The notes: generated from the letters alone by a model not told the origin. DNA of 48,158 nt from Snowella sp. (GCA_035285545.1 JAYKGY010000119.1:1-48158), one strand, 5' to 3'; positions 10,131 to 21,956 are shown, counted from the stretch's first letter. Numbers and translations: made by a program.

Positions 10131-10294
10131 TACGCTATTTTTGTCGTTCAATCGTCGTCAGCAACAGTTAGTCAATTAATTTACTGACCAAGTTTTATCC
10201 TTAGCTCAAGGCAGATTGATTTATTCTCGGTCTTTCATATCAATTAAAAGAAGTGGTCACCATATCCAAAAACAACAAGACAGCGATCGCACTG

Positions 10295-10651
10295 CTACTT
10301 CAATTCTCTCATTCTTATTTTGTCTTCTTCAACAACAGTAAAATGTCTATGCCAGTCATTCCGTAATGAGATAACTCTGACAACTTTCTCCGCTACTACA
10401 GATCCAGAGGGAGCTTTTATTCTAAATAAAATAATACCGACACTAGCTGACAACCTTGACCGAAAGGCGAGTTCTCCAAAATCTTTATCAAATGTCAAGA
10501 GGATACGATTTTCTGCTTGTGCGCGACTTAAAACTTCAGGATCGGAGATTCCAGGTGATTCTAACCTAATCCATATCACGTCATGTCCATTTTGCCGTAG
10601 TGCTTCAACAGCATCTAGAGGGAAATTTTCGTTGGCTAGAAAACGCATCAA
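10295..10651 (-). CDS. DUF5615 family PIN-like protein (putative toxin)
   Basis: MRFLANENFP, GHDV, SDPEVL and RILLTFDKDFGEL. ATG start probably at 10648. Confidence 0.9.
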   Translation of the reverse strand: MMRFLANENFPLDAVEALRQNGHDVIWIRLESPGISDPEVLSRAQAENRILLTFDKDFGELAFRSRLSASVGIILFRIKAPSGSVVAEKVVRVISLRNDWHRHFTVVEEDKIRMRELK

Positions 10652-10655
10652 TTAA

Positions 10656-10886
10656 TTAAACGGAGATAGCATATACTTTCTCGGACTGGAGCATCACACT
10701 AGCATAGCTAAGACAAGCTTGAATATCTGCAACTGTAATACCTGGGTAGTTTCGCAGAATTTCATCAATGCTCCAACCTTGTGCTAAAAGATCGATAATA
10801 AATTCAACTGCAAGTCTTGTTCCTTTAATGATGGGTTTTCCAACTAAAATATTAGGGTTCAGCGTAATTCGAGTTTCCCAGTCCAT
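10656..10886 (-). CDS. DUF433 family protein (putative antitoxin)
   Basis: GKPIIKGTRLAV...EILRNYPGIT.ADIQACLSYA; directly upstream of the DUF5615 gene. Confidence 0.92.
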   Translation of the reverse strand: MDWETRITLNPNILVGKPIIKGTRLAVEFIIDLLAQGWSIDEILRNYPGITVADIQACLSYASVMLQSEKVYAISV

Positions 10887-11137
10887 AGCGATACTATTAA
10901 AAACTATTGGTTACGATACTACTATCCAATATCGTACTGACATTTAAAGCGATTAGGTAAGTTGAGTAAAGACAATCTAATCAAAACAATCAGTTCTATC
11001 CGCATTCATAAACCATAAAACAGCGATCACCTGGCTCAATCACAAGAAATAATAAAACTGTGATCACAATTAAGCGAAAAGATCTGCGATCCCATTGAGT
11101 AAACATTTGAACGAGTTTCGTTAACCCATCAGGTCAG

Positions 11138-12469
11138 TTAATAGGGGACGCAAGACTCTAAATCATTGACTTGATGTGAAGAGGCAATTAAACGGTTATT
11201 AATGAGGATCATTTCAATTGTTTGTTCACTCACCTTGAAATATTTGGATGCGTCTTCAATCGCAGATTCCGAGTAGTCGTTATTTAAATAATCTTGCAAA
11301 CTATCAAGGGGACAAAGAAATTCTGCCGCAAAAGCTCGCTGATATTTTTGTCTTGATGTTTTGATATCCGTGCTGGCAAGCCATGACTTCCCACTGTTGC
11401 CATAAAGCAAATAGTCACCGATGAGCCTAGCAAATTCAAACCTTTTTGCAAGTCGATGAGTTTTTCTAGGGTGATAGTAAAATCCATCTGTCTCTAATGG
11501 GACTGCAACTGAGATAGATTGTCGCTCTGGAGGCTGCCACGCATCATATTCAGATTCTTGCAAGCCAAGCAAGTCACAAAGGATTTTGTTGGTGAGAGGA
11601 TTTTCTTCATTACCAATCTCTTTACGCACAAAAGATGCAACTTCCTTTGCTTGTTGCCAGGGAGCTTTTATTGCCTCTTGATTTACAGGCAAATTACTCC
11701 AATTAACAGGCTTTCCTTTAAGTCCAGAGGATTTAATCAGTTCTTTAATTGTGCTGAATGGCTTAGTTTCTAAGGATTCCTGCCCGCAAGTGGGAGCTAG
11801 TTCTGAAAGCGTTTCTTCTCCCATTTGTTGAGCGAGAGCAAAAGCCTCTTCCACGATTTCTTCGGGACATTCATCAGGCTCAAAACCCAATTCAGCTTCA
11901 CGACGACGGTACATTGTTGAATGGGGATCGGAACGTTCTTCTTGAACTTCTTCCCAAAGGTGAGCTAGAGACGTGCTATGAATTCCTGTTTGATTAAGAC
12001 GAGATATAACAGACTCAATGAATGCGGCGGCTATTTTATCAAATTCCAATAAATTTTCTGAGACTGGACGCTCAAGACCATTGATGTATCTGACTGACTG
12101 TTTATCAGTAGGATCGGATGGAGTTGCCCATATTTGCATAGACTCAGTATCTGAAGCGAATATGACTCTGGGCCAAATAAAACCTTGATTAGATGCCGTT
12201 AGTTCATGAGCCATTCTCCAGTTAACTGAGGGATTTCTATTCGGAGGAAGAGGCTCGAAGAGTAATCTCCACCATGAAGAAGCTATCCACGATGCCAAAG
12301 GATAGGCAGAAACCAAAACAGTAGAATCAATCTCTTCAGACCAAATGCTCTTATTTTCAGTTAGATTAACTTCTCCCGCTTGTAAGCTAAACCTACCCAT
12401 AGTCTGCTGAATTTCAGGCGCATTATTTCCACTAGGCAACCAGTCAAAATTAAGACTTAGCTTTTTCAC
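11138..12469 (-). CDS. ImmA/IrrE-like protein with degenerate Zn-binding motif and an unassigned N-terminal domain
   Basis: KRFEFARLIGDYL sits where RFTLAHELGH is expected, followed by QRAFAAEFLCP and an HTH-like tail (ASKYFKVSEQTI). Confidence 0.65.
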   Translation of the reverse strand: MKKLSLNFDWLPSGNNAPEIQQTMGRFSLQAGEVNLTENKSIWSEEIDSTVLVSAYPLASWIASSWWRLLFEPLPPNRNPSVNWRMAHELTASNQGFIWPRVIFASDTESMQIWATPSDPTDKQSVRYINGLERPVSENLLEFDKIAAAFIESVISRLNQTGIHSTSLAHLWEEVQEERSDPHSTMYRRREAELGFEPDECPEEIVEEAFALAQQMGEETLSELAPTCGQESLETKPFSTIKELIKSSGLKGKPVNWSNLPVNQEAIKAPWQQAKEVASFVRKEIGNEENPLTNKILCDLLGLQESEYDAWQPPERQSISVAVPLETDGFYYHPRKTHRLAKRFEFARLIGDYLLYGNSGKSWLASTDIKTSRQKYQRAFAAEFLCPLDSLQDYLNNDYSESAIEDASKYFKVSEQTIEMILINNRLIASSHQVNDLESCVPY

Positions 12470-12896
12470 TCCGAATCCTCCATTGATTGATTACCTTTTC
12501 ATAGAAAGGATCTGTTTTTTGCATAGGATAACCATGATAAGAGCCTTGCTCTAACGATTCAAGTTGTGCCTCTAGTGGAGTCCCATCATCCATAACAGAC
12601 CAAACATTTTTGGGCCAATCACCTTCAACGCGATCACTAACTAAGCCAATACTAATACCTTTCCTTAACAGTTTTAAAGCTTCTTTTCTGGTGAAAACTT
12701 TTACGGAGTCACAAAGGGACTTGCCTGACCTTGGATTACTAGGAGGTGTAAGCTTGAAATCACCTGGATTCATTTTATGTTCGGGGTTTCCGCCATACTG
12801 CGCTTTTAATGCTAGGTCTGAAAGGTGTTGAAAATTACATTCCTCCAAATTAAGCATTTTGCGTTTGTCATTGAATTTGCCGTTACGTTTTTTCAT
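12450..12896 (-). CDS. Hypothetical protein, candidate small nuclease-type toxin
   Basis: 148 aa, basic; motifs YGGNPEHK, KSLCD, WPKNVW, EAQLE and YHGYP. Overlaps the downstream gene by 20 bp. Confidence 0.6.
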   Translation of the reverse strand: MKKRNGKFNDKRKMLNLEECNFQHLSDLALKAQYGGNPEHKMNPGDFKLTPPSNPRSGKSLCDSVKVFTRKEALKLLRKGISIGLVSDRVEGDWPKNVWSVMDDGTPLEAQLESLEQGSYHGYPMQKTDPFYEKVINQWRIRSEKAKS

Positions 12897-12964
12897 ACAA
12901 ACAAAATATTGGCTCTAATTTAGCACATTTCGGAATATTTACCTACATTTTGCCTCTTGGTATT

Positions 12965-12986
12965 TTTTGGTAAAAACTACTATAAT
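12965..12986 (+). promoter_or_regulatory. NrtR-type operator overlapping a -10 box
   Basis: TTTTGGTAAAAACTACTATAA fits the GT-N7-AC palindrome of NrtR boxes; TATAAT at 12981-12986; upstream of NAD salvage genes. Confidence 0.75.
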
Positions 12987-13015
12987 TCAATTAATCCTCG
13001 GAGAGAGGACATTAA

Positions 13016-14050
<1,035 letters not shown>

Positions 14051-14130
14051 GCTTTATTCTCTATATTTTTGATCCTTGTCGTCCTATCGCTTGATGACTT
14101 AACCCTATTTTATATTTTTGGAGATTTACC

Positions 14131-15513
14131 ATGTCTTACAACCTAATCTTAGATGTAGATTCCTATAAAGCTAGCCATTGGTTACAATATCCGCCCAATA
14201 CAACGGCGATGTATTCCTATTTAGAAAGTCGGGGCGGAAAATATCCCGTTACCGTCTTTTTTGGCTTGCAGTATATTTTGAAAGAATACCTCACCCGTCC
14301 CGTTGAATCTTGGATGGTGGATGAAGCGGTTTCTTTCTTTGCCGCCCATGGGGTTCCCTTTAATGAAGCAGGTTGGCGGTATATTGCCGAAGATCTCAAG
14401 GGTCGTTTACCGATTCGTATCCTGGCAGTTCCCGAAGGTTCGATTGTCCCTGTTCACAATGTTTTAATAACCATTGAATCCACTGATCCCAAGGTTTTTT
14501 GGCTCGTTTCGTGGTTAGAAACTATGTTATTACGGGTTTGGTATCCCACAACGGTTGCAACCCAAAGTTGGCATCTCAAACAAAAAATCTACCAATTTTT
14601 AGAAAAAACGAGTGATGATCCTGCGGCAGAAATTGATTTTAAACTCCATGATTTTGGTGCAAGGGGCGTATCGAGTCGGGAATCATCGGGAATTGGCGGA
14701 ATGGCACATTTAGTTAATTTCAAAGGCTCGGACACGGTACAAGGCGTTATCTATGCCAATCGTTATTACCATCACCCAATGGCAGCTTTTTCCATTCCTG
14801 CGGCAGAACATTCGACCATTACGGCTTGGGGAAAAGACGGAGAAGTTTTAGCCTATCAAAATATGTTGGATCAATTTGCGAAACCTGGAAGTTTAGTCGC
14901 TGTTGTTTCTGATTCCTATGATCTTTGGAATGCAGTGGAACAGCTTTGGGGCGATCGCTTACGTCAACAGGTTATCAACTCTGGCGCAACGGTTGTTATT
15001 CGTCCCGATTCAGGTAATCCAACAGAAGTCGTCGGAAAACTTTTAGAGCGATTAGATTATCATTTCGGCAGTACCATCAACCAAAAAGGCTATAAGGTTT
15101 TAAATCATGTACGGGTTATCCAAGGCGATGGTGTCAATGAAAATAGTATGGCTGAAATTCTCGATAGGGTCGAAAGTTTAGGGTTTAGTGCCTCTAATGT
15201 CGCTTTTGGGATGGGTGGCGCGCTATTACAAAAATTGAACCGTGACACCCAAAAATTTGCCATTAAATGCAGTGAAGTGACAATCAATGGACAGGCGATC
15301 GCGGTTTATAAAGACCCCATTACCGATCCCGACAAAACCAGTAAAAAGGGACGATTAGCCCTCATTAAAACCGATTTAGGTTACAAAACTGTTTCTGCTT
15401 CTCCCCTCGATCAACTTGTTGCAGTTTATGAAAATGGTCAAATTTTACAGGAGCAAACCTTAGAAGAAATCCGGCAAAGATGCAGAAATTACGCATCTTA
15501 CGCATCTAAATAA
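14131..15513 (+). CDS. nadV: Nicotinamide phosphoribosyltransferase (NAMPT)
   Basis: DSYKASH, LHDFGARG, IPAAEHST, SDSYD, IRPDSG and FGMGGALLQ. Confidence 0.92.
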   Translation: MSYNLILDVDSYKASHWLQYPPNTTAMYSYLESRGGKYPVTVFFGLQYILKEYLTRPVESWMVDEAVSFFAAHGVPFNEAGWRYIAEDLKGRLPIRILAVPEGSIVPVHNVLITIESTDPKVFWLVSWLETMLLRVWYPTTVATQSWHLKQKIYQFLEKTSDDPAAEIDFKLHDFGARGVSSRESSGIGGMAHLVNFKGSDTVQGVIYANRYYHHPMAAFSIPAAEHSTITAWGKDGEVLAYQNMLDQFAKPGSLVAVVSDSYDLWNAVEQLWGDRLRQQVINSGATVVIRPDSGNPTEVVGKLLERLDYHFGSTINQKGYKVLNHVRVIQGDGVNENSMAEILDRVESLGFSASNVAFGMGGALLQKLNRDTQKFAIKCSEVTINGQAIAVYKDPITDPDKTSKKGRLALIKTDLGYKTVSASPLDQLVAVYENGQILQEQTLEEIRQRCRNYASYASK

Positions 15514-15552
15514 TACACTCAACGTTTTTGAATAGATTTGGGGCAATAAACC

Positions 15553-15630
15553 GTAGGATGGTCTGCACAGCATCACCAAACAATGCTTTATGTATAAAAT
15601 TGGTTAAGCTGCACTATTTGCTCCATCCTA
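15553..15630. repeat. Degenerate REP/REPIN-like element between convergent genes
   Basis: GTAGGATGG ... CCATCCTA inverted ends with a GTAG-type terminus. Confidence 0.5.
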
Positions 15631-15652
15631 ATATTATGGCTAGAAAGAATTA

Positions 15653-16645
15653 CTAAACTTGGCTTAATAAAGCTTGTAGTTCAGCCGTTTCCAAACGAGG
15701 CCCGTAAGCAGTAACAATTTTCGCAGCACTGATGGAAGCCAATTTTCCCGCCCGTTCGTAGCTCATGCCGTGGGTAATGCCGTAGAGAAAAGCTCCTGCA
15801 TACATATCCCCTGCGCCAACGGTGTCGATCGCGTGAACGGGTGTTGTAGGAATTTCTAACAAATTTTCCCCATCAAAAATCACTGATCCCTCGGCCCCTC
15901 TAGTAATGGCAAAGCCTTTGCTCAAGGTTTTCAAATAGGCGATCGCGGCATTGAGATCTTCCGAACCAGCTAAGGTTGTGGCTTCCGACTCATTGGCAAA
16001 AATAAAATCCAAACCATTGCCAATAATTTCCAATAAACTCTCTTTAAAGAATTTAGCCATATTGGGATCGGAGAGAGAAAAACTGGTTTTAACCCCTGCG
16101 GCTTGAGCAATGTCTCTGGCTTTAATGGCTGCCGCTTTTCCTGTAGGCGAAGTAACTAGATACCCTTCTAAATAAACATATTCAGAGGATTGAATGGCTT
16201 CGGGGACTAATTCTTGTTCTGAAAGATTACCCGTAATTCCCAAAAAGGTATTCATGGTACGGTCAGCATCAGGCGTGACGAGGACTAAACATTTCCCTGT
16301 TGTCCCTGCTTCGCGATCGCCGTTATGTAAATTCGTATCTAACCCACAGCGACGTAAATCTTCTAAATAAAAGGTTCCTGTCTCATCATTGGCTACTTTA
16401 CAGGAATAAAACCCCTTACCGCCGAGTTGACTAATCGCAACCATCGTATTCGCCGCCGATCCCCCGCCACTTTGTTTACAGAGATGCTCTTTCAGTTCAG
16501 CAACTAAATGATTTTGCCGTTCCTCATCTACCAGGGTCATCACCCCTTTATCAATACTTAAAGCTTGCAACTGTTCAGGCGTGACCTCAAATTCCATATC
16601 GACGAGGGCGTTGCCTACGCCATAAACATGATATTGCTTACCCAT
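15653..16645 (-). CDS. PfkB/ribokinase family (adenosine kinase-like) kinase
   Basis: GNALVD, GGSAAN, NESEA and DTVGAGD. Start placed at MGKQYH. Confidence 0.9.
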   Translation of the reverse strand: MGKQYHVYGVGNALVDMEFEVTPEQLQALSIDKGVMTLVDEERQNHLVAELKEHLCKQSGGGSAANTMVAISQLGGKGFYSCKVANDETGTFYLEDLRRCGLDTNLHNGDREAGTTGKCLVLVTPDADRTMNTFLGITGNLSEQELVPEAIQSSEYVYLEGYLVTSPTGKAAAIKARDIAQAAGVKTSFSLSDPNMAKFFKESLLEIIGNGLDFIFANESEATTLAGSEDLNAAIAYLKTLSKGFAITRGAEGSVIFDGENLLEIPTTPVHAIDTVGAGDMYAGAFLYGITHGMSYERAGKLASISAAKIVTAYGPRLETAELQALLSQV

Positions 16646-16783
16646 GAAACCTCTAAATAACATTAATACCGAGTGTCATGGTAATTTAGATGAGTCAGGA
16701 ACGCAACTTGAGGCAATGGTTAAATGCCGCGTTATTGATTCCCACTGGCTAAAATAGAAAGATTAAAACCCCAATTTATTTTA

Positions 16784-18601
16784 TTGGTTAAAAACATTTT
16801 TAATAACGTGAATATTACTTCAAAAAAAGCTCGTTCCACACCACCACTTTTACAACTGATTCAATATGCGAAAGGTTATAACACGCTAATTTGGCAAGCG
16901 GTTATTTGCTCTGTTTTAAATAAAATTTTTGATCTGGCTCCCCCCGCGATTATTGGCATGGCTGTTGATGTCGTAGTTCAAAAAGATACGTCTATTTTCG
17001 CCCAATGGGGAATTCGTTCTGTTTTTAATCAATTGTTATTATTGAGCTTTCTTTCTTTAATTATTTGGGGATTAGAATCGGTTTTTGAATATGCCTATGA
17101 ACGACTGTGGCGCAATTTAGCTCAAAATATTCAGCACAATTTACGGTTAGAAGCCTACGATCATTTACAAAAACTAGAATTAGCCTATTTTGAAGAACGC
17201 AGTACGGGTGGATTACTCTCGATTTTGAATGATGATATTAACCAATTAGAACGATTTTTAGATATTGGAGCTAATGAAATCCTACAGGTTTTAACCACCG
17301 TTGTTGTCATTAGCGGGGCATTTTTTATCTTTACTCCTAATATTGCTTGGATGGCGATGTTACCGATTCCCTTTATTTTACTGGGGTCGATTGGATTCCA
17401 GAATTTATTAGCTCCTCGTTATTCTTTAGTCCGAGAAAAAGTTAGTTTACTCAATAGCCGCTTATCGAATAATTTAAGTGGCATCATGACCATTAAGAGT
17501 TTTACTTCGGAAGCCTATGAGGTGGAACGCCTACGGGAAGATAGTGAAGCCTATCGGCAAAGTAATCGGCTCGCGATCGCGCTGAGTGCGGCCTTTGTCC
17601 CCTTGATTCGTATCATTATTCTGGCAGGATTTACGGCAATTTTGCTCTTTGGCGGCATGGATGTGGTTAACGGCAAATTAGCGGTGGGAACCTATAGCGT
17701 TCTCGTCTTTTTAACCCAACGCTTACTCTGGCCCCTAACCCGCTTAGGACAGACTTTAGATCTGTATCAACGGGCAATGGCATCTACTCGACGAGTCATG
17801 GCTTTATTGGAAACTCCCATCGCGATCGATTCAGGTCATTTAGCTTTACCGTTAGGGGAAATTCAAGGGGATATTTGGTTAAAAAATGTGACCTTTGGCT
17901 ATCACGAAAACCATCCCACTTTGCGGAATCTTTCTTTGCATATTCCTGCGGGGCAAACTATTGCGATTGTTGGCTCGACAGGTTCAGGGAAAAGTACCCT
18001 AGTGAAATTATTACTGAGACTCTATGAAATTCAAGCGGGACTCATTACCCTAGATGGTCTGGATATTCGAGAGATTCATTTAGGGGACTTACGGCGATCA
18101 ATGGGATTAGTCAGTCAGGATGTGTTTCTTTTTCATGGAACGGTGCGGGAAAATATCGCCTACGGCAGCCCCAATGTCACCTTAACAGAAATTATGCAGG
18201 CAGCCGAAATCGCTGAAGCCCATAGTTTTATTGAACGCTTACCCCAGGGTTACGACACGATTGTGGGAGAACGGGGGCAAAAGTTATCAGGCGGTCAACG
18301 GCAACGTCTCGCGATCGCCAGAGCCATCTTAAAAAATCCGCCGATTTTGATTCTAGATGAAGCCACTTCCGCCGTTGATAATGAAACTGAAGCCGCTATT
18401 GTTCGCTCTTTAGAAAAAATTACCTGTAACCGCACCACCATCGCGATCGCGCATCGTCTTTCCACTATTCGCCACGCAGACTGCATTTATGTCATGGAAC
18501 AGGGGGAAGTGGTAGAGCAGGGAGATCATGAAACCCTATTAGCTCAAAATGGCGTTTATGCAGGATTATGGCAAGTGCAAACGGGAGTGAAAACTTCTTA
18601 A
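16784..18601 (+). CDS. ABC transporter, fused permease/ATP-binding (exporter type)
   Basis: TM domain, Walker [18 protein letters not shown] and ILILDEATS. Exact start uncertain. Confidence 0.93.
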   Translation: MVKNIFNNVNITSKKARSTPPLLQLIQYAKGYNTLIWQAVICSVLNKIFDLAPPAIIGMAVDVVVQKDTSIFAQWGIRSVFNQLLLLSFLSLIIWGLESVFEYAYERLWRNLAQNIQHNLRLEAYDHLQKLELAYFEERSTGGLLSILNDDINQLERFLDIGANEILQVLTTVVVISGAFFIFTPNIAWMAMLPIPFILLGSIGFQNLLAPRYSLVREKVSLLNSRLSNNLSGIMTIKSFTSEAYEVERLREDSEAYRQSNRLAIALSAAFVPLIRIIILAGFTAILLFGGMDVVNGKLAVGTYSVLVFLTQRLLWPLTRLGQTLDLYQRAMASTRRVMALLETPIAIDSGHLALPLGEIQGDIWLKNVTFGYHENHPTLRNLSLHIPAGQTIAIVGSTGSGKSTLVKLLLRLYEIQAGLITLDGLDIREIHLGDLRRSMGLVSQDVFLFHGTVRENIAYGSPNVTLTEIMQAAEIAEAHSFIERLPQGYDTIVGERGQKLSGGQRQRLAIARAILKNPPILILDEATSAVDNETEAAIVRSLEKITCNRTTIAIAHRLSTIRHADCIYVMEQGEVVEQGDHETLLAQNGVYAGLWQVQTGVKTS

Positions 18602-18614
18602 AAAATAGGTTTAG
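18554..18614 (+). repeat. Copy 1 (functional gene end) of the ABC 3'-end repeat
   Basis: GTTTATGCAGGATTATGGCAAGTGCAAAC (18554-18582), then ...TTAAAAAATAGGTTTAG. Confidence 0.9.
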
Positions 18615-18748
18615 CTTGTGTGATCTGTTATAGCCTCAAATTTGGCATCAATATTTTTTGCGAATATGTTAAGTCTGATTTGGTATGATTAATGGTCAGG
18701 ATTTAATTGATTAATCCCTGAAGTAAAGCCGTTTTTGCTGATTTTCGT

Positions 18749-18985
18749 TTATTCATCTGCCCTCTCTTCGGTAAATTGATCTAGGGCCTCTACCATTCCT
18801 TCTGAATAGGGTTCTAGGATAGTAGAGCAAACATGAAGATCGGCGATCGCCTGGGAAAATTCTTCGGAATCGGGATCGGTATTTTTAATAATTTTGATAG
18901 CATTGAGAGCTTTTTCTAACTGGGGTTGATACTCATCCAGAAAGATTTGTAGTCGGTCAAAGGGGTGTTTATAAATAGCAGTCAT
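18749..18985 (-). CDS. Hypothetical acidic small protein
   Basis: 78-aa ORF with RBS AGGAG upstream; no family recognised. Confidence 0.7.
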   Translation of the reverse strand: MTAIYKHPFDRLQIFLDEYQPQLEKALNAIKIIKNTDPDSEEFSQAIADLHVCSTILEPYSEGMVEALDQFTEERADE

Positions 18986-19136
18986 TGACTTAATCTCCTT
19001 TCTAACCTTGCAGTATTTTGATAATAAAAGCTAAAATAGCTAAAATATTAGAAATTTCGGTATTAATAATACCAAATCATGCTGATTACCAACATCTAAA
19101 AATCAAACAACAGAATTGGACTTTACTGGAGTATTT

Positions 19137-19355
19137 ATGAGTACAGTAATTAACTTATCTAATGGGCTTCATTCTCGCTTAATCGCTATTGCTCAGCAAA
19201 TAGGACGGACTGAAACTGAGTTGATAGAGGAAGCAATTCTCAATTACTTAGAAGACTTAGAAGATATTCAAGAAGCTCAGAATCGTTTAGCGAATCCTCC
19301 TGAACGTTACTTAACTTTAGCAGAAGTGGAGCAAGAACTTGGTTTGGCAAATTGA
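19137..19355 (+). CDS. RHH/RelB-like antitoxin
   Basis: LIEEAILNYLEDLEDI...LTLAEVEQELGL; overlaps the RelE gene. ATG at 19137 follows GGAG. Confidence 0.85.
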   Translation: MSTVINLSNGLHSRLIAIAQQIGRTETELIEEAILNYLEDLEDIQEAQNRLANPPERYLTLAEVEQELGLAN

Positions 19356-19605
19356 ATTTGATCCAAGAGCGTTAAAAGAGTTAAAAAAGTTAGATAAGAT
19401 AGCGCAGAAACGAATAGTTCAATATCTTAAAAATCAAGTTGCGGTTCAAACAAATCCTCGTATTTTTGGACGTGCTTTGAAAGGAAATAAGCAAGGATTA
19501 TGGCGTTATCGAGTAGGAGATTATCGAGTCATTTGTAATATTAGGGATAGTCAGATGGTAATTTTGGTAATTAAGGTGGGGCCACGTCAATCTGTTTATG
19601 ATTAA
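19339..19605 (+). CDS. relE: RelE/ParE family toxin
   Basis: ALKELKKLD, GRALKG and WRYRVGDYRVI. C-terminal VGPR replaces the usual GHR. Confidence 0.9.
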   Translation: MVWQIEFDPRALKELKKLDKIAQKRIVQYLKNQVAVQTNPRIFGRALKGNKQGLWRYRVGDYRVICNIRDSQMVILVIKVGPRQSVYD

Positions 19606-19819
19606 CAACTGATTGCAAAATTTGTATTTGGGTTTTAAAATCAGATTTTGCTCATTAATTAACATCTATACCGATTATCACCATCCGAGAAGAGCAATCA
19701 GCAGCGATCGCGAAATCAAAAATTCAAATACTTACAGAATGAGAGGTTTTGATAAAATATAATAACACTTTTACAAGACAGGTTCGGTAGAGCCAAAATA
19801 CCTAATTATATATACCCCA

Positions 19820-20944
19820 ATGAGTGAGTATCAATATTACGAATTCCAGTGCGTCGATAAACCGCTTAATGCTAAAGAAAAACAAGAAGTCAGCCAAATA
19901 TCCAGTCGAGCTAAAGTTACATCGACTCAAGCAATTTTTAATTATAGTTATGGTGATTTTCCCCAGAATCCTGAAAAATTCCTGGCTCAATATTTTGATG
20001 TCATGTACTACATCGCGAATTGGGGAACCCAGCAACTAATGTTTCGTTTTCCCAAAGATCTTATTTCTTTAAAAGCGATCGCGCCCTACTGTTCCTATCG
20101 ATTTATTGACCACTCTAGTATAGGAAATTGGGTGATTTTAAATTGGGAGTTTAGCCAAGAAGAAGGTTTTTACGATTGGATTGAAGGCGAAGGCCTGCTG
20201 TCTGAATTGGTGGCGTTGCGACAAGAACTCTTGGAGGGAGATTATCGGGGACTTTATCTGGCTTGGTTAAAATCCATTACTTTGGCAAAAAAAGAAAAGG
20301 ATATTAATTTATCTGAATTGGAGCCGCCTGTTCCTCCTGGTTTGAAGCAGCTTTCTCCTCTCCAAACTGCTTTTGTGGAAACCTTTGACGTTGATAAAAA
20401 CTTATTGGCCGTCGCTGCAACTGCCAGTCATAGTCTTTCTCCTAGTTCCGATGAATCTCTCCAAAAGGCGATCGCGTCTTTATCTCGTGCTGAGTGTGAT
20501 AGTTGGCTCTTAAAATTAGCAAAAGGACAAACCAATCTATCGACTAAATTGAATCAAAAATTGTCTGAATCCATCGAAAAAAAGGTTCCGATTCAATCGG
20601 GGAAACGCACGATTCAAGAACTATTTGATTTAGCAAAAGTGGAAAAAGAAAGGGTTGAAAAAGCAGAAAAAGAAGCCGCCCAAGCTCAACAAATTAAAGC
20701 TTTACAAGCATTGGCTCCACGAGAGGCTCAAGTTTGGGAGGAAGTAGATAATTTACTGATCAAATCCCAGAGTCATACCTATGATCAAGCGGTTAAGTTA
20801 TTAATCCAGTTACAGGATTTAGCGAGATATCGGGAAGATTATCTTCCTTTTCAGCAACGGTTGAAGGACATTCGCGCAAAATATAGCCGTCGTACTGGAT
20901 TACTTGAACGCTTAAATAAAGCGGGACTTTTTTCATCTTCTTAG
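19820..20944 (+). CDS. Conserved hypothetical protein (MSEYQYYEF family)
   Basis: 374-aa ORF with MSEYQYYEF, YIANWGT, GDYRGLYLAWL and a helical C-terminus; function unknown to me. Confidence 0.8.
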   Translation: MSEYQYYEFQCVDKPLNAKEKQEVSQISSRAKVTSTQAIFNYSYGDFPQNPEKFLAQYFDVMYYIANWGTQQLMFRFPKDLISLKAIAPYCSYRFIDHSSIGNWVILNWEFSQEEGFYDWIEGEGLLSELVALRQELLEGDYRGLYLAWLKSITLAKKEKDINLSELEPPVPPGLKQLSPLQTAFVETFDVDKNLLAVAATASHSLSPSSDESLQKAIASLSRAECDSWLLKLAKGQTNLSTKLNQKLSESIEKKVPIQSGKRTIQELFDLAKVEKERVEKAEKEAAQAQQIKALQALAPREAQVWEEVDNLLIKSQSHTYDQAVKLLIQLQDLARYREDYLPFQQRLKDIRAKYSRRTGLLERLNKAGLFSSS

Positions 20945-21045
20945 ACTCATTTCGTCCACCAGCTCAAAAAGGTTGATATTTACACGCCTTGAGTTCAAAG
21001 CGGTCAATGATAACGAGCTTATAATCAGACTCAATTTCCAAAAGA

Positions 21046-21108
21046 GTTTATGCAGGATTATGGCAAGTGCAAACAGTCGTTAAAACGGCTTTTAAAAAAT
21101 AGGTTTAG
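21046..21108 (+). repeat. Copy 2 of the ABC 3'-end repeat
   Basis: Identical 29-bp core (21046-21074) plus shared TTAAAAAATAGGTTTAG downstream. Confidence 0.9.
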
Positions 21109-21121
21109 ATTCTTGGGTCTG

Positions 21122-21733
21122 TTATTTCGCCACTACAAAATCAACACGGCGATAAATTTCTTGCAACGGAAGTTCGACTTTTAAACTCTCCAAAGTAATT
21201 ATGTGATCAAGTTGATCATAGGTTTGTAATTGCCAGCGATCGCTTGATTCTAATCTGAAATATTGCTCAACGTAAGGTTCAGTTTGGCTAACGATCAAAT
21301 ACTCACAAAAACCTGGGATAGAACGATATTTTCTAAATTTATCACCGCGATCATAGGCTTCTGTTGAGGGAGAAAGTACTTCTACAATAAATAAAGGATT
21401 GAGAATTTCGTCTGTGCGATCGCCGTTAAATTCTGGTTCACCATTAACAACAAGCACATCTGCATAGGTTCCCTGATTAAAATTAGGAATCCAGATCCGC
21501 ATATCACCATTGTAAACCTGAAAATTTGTCCCACGAACGGAAATATTGAGACAAGTTGTGATTTCTACGGCAATACGGCTGTGAATTGCGGTTCCTCCAG
21601 GCATAACAATCATCTCTCCGTTGCAATATTCATAACGTTCCTCGGAGGTTTCTGCGATCGCTCGATATTCTTCCAACGTGACAAAGGTTTTAGTTTCCGT
21701 TACGATAGTCGGTTTCTCTTGAGAAATAACCAT
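21122..21733 (-). CDS. Uma2 / DUF820 family PD-(D/E)xK endonuclease-like protein
   Basis: RYEYCNGEM, MPGGT..H, EVLSPST...DRGDKF..Y. Confidence 0.92.
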   Translation of the reverse strand: MVISQEKPTIVTETKTFVTLEEYRAIAETSEERYEYCNGEMIVMPGGTAIHSRIAVEITTCLNISVRGTNFQVYNGDMRIWIPNFNQGTYADVLVVNGEPEFNGDRTDEILNPLFIVEVLSPSTEAYDRGDKFRKYRSIPGFCEYLIVSQTEPYVEQYFRLESSDRWQLQTYDQLDHIITLESLKVELPLQEIYRRVDFVVAK

Positions 21734-21926
21734 GTTTGTCCTCCTCAGCTATTCTATAAGTTAATTTTATCGTTATTTTTTTAAGGATTTTGGGAGAGCG
21801 ATCGCATTTTATAAACATGAATAGAAACGGCTTTTTATAAAAATGGAATGGAAGCCGCGATCGCACTAACCTAAAATGATTACTTTCATAGACTTCATCA
21901 TCTGCGCTAATCAATTCGGTGCGGAT

Positions 21927-21956
21927 GTTGGGTTTTTCTTTGTCAACACAACCTAC
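21927..21956 (-). repeat. Single REP-like palindrome (GTAG family)
   Basis: Minus strand GTAGGTTGTGTTGACAAAGAAAAACCCAAC, lying between HIP1 sites. Confidence 0.6.
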
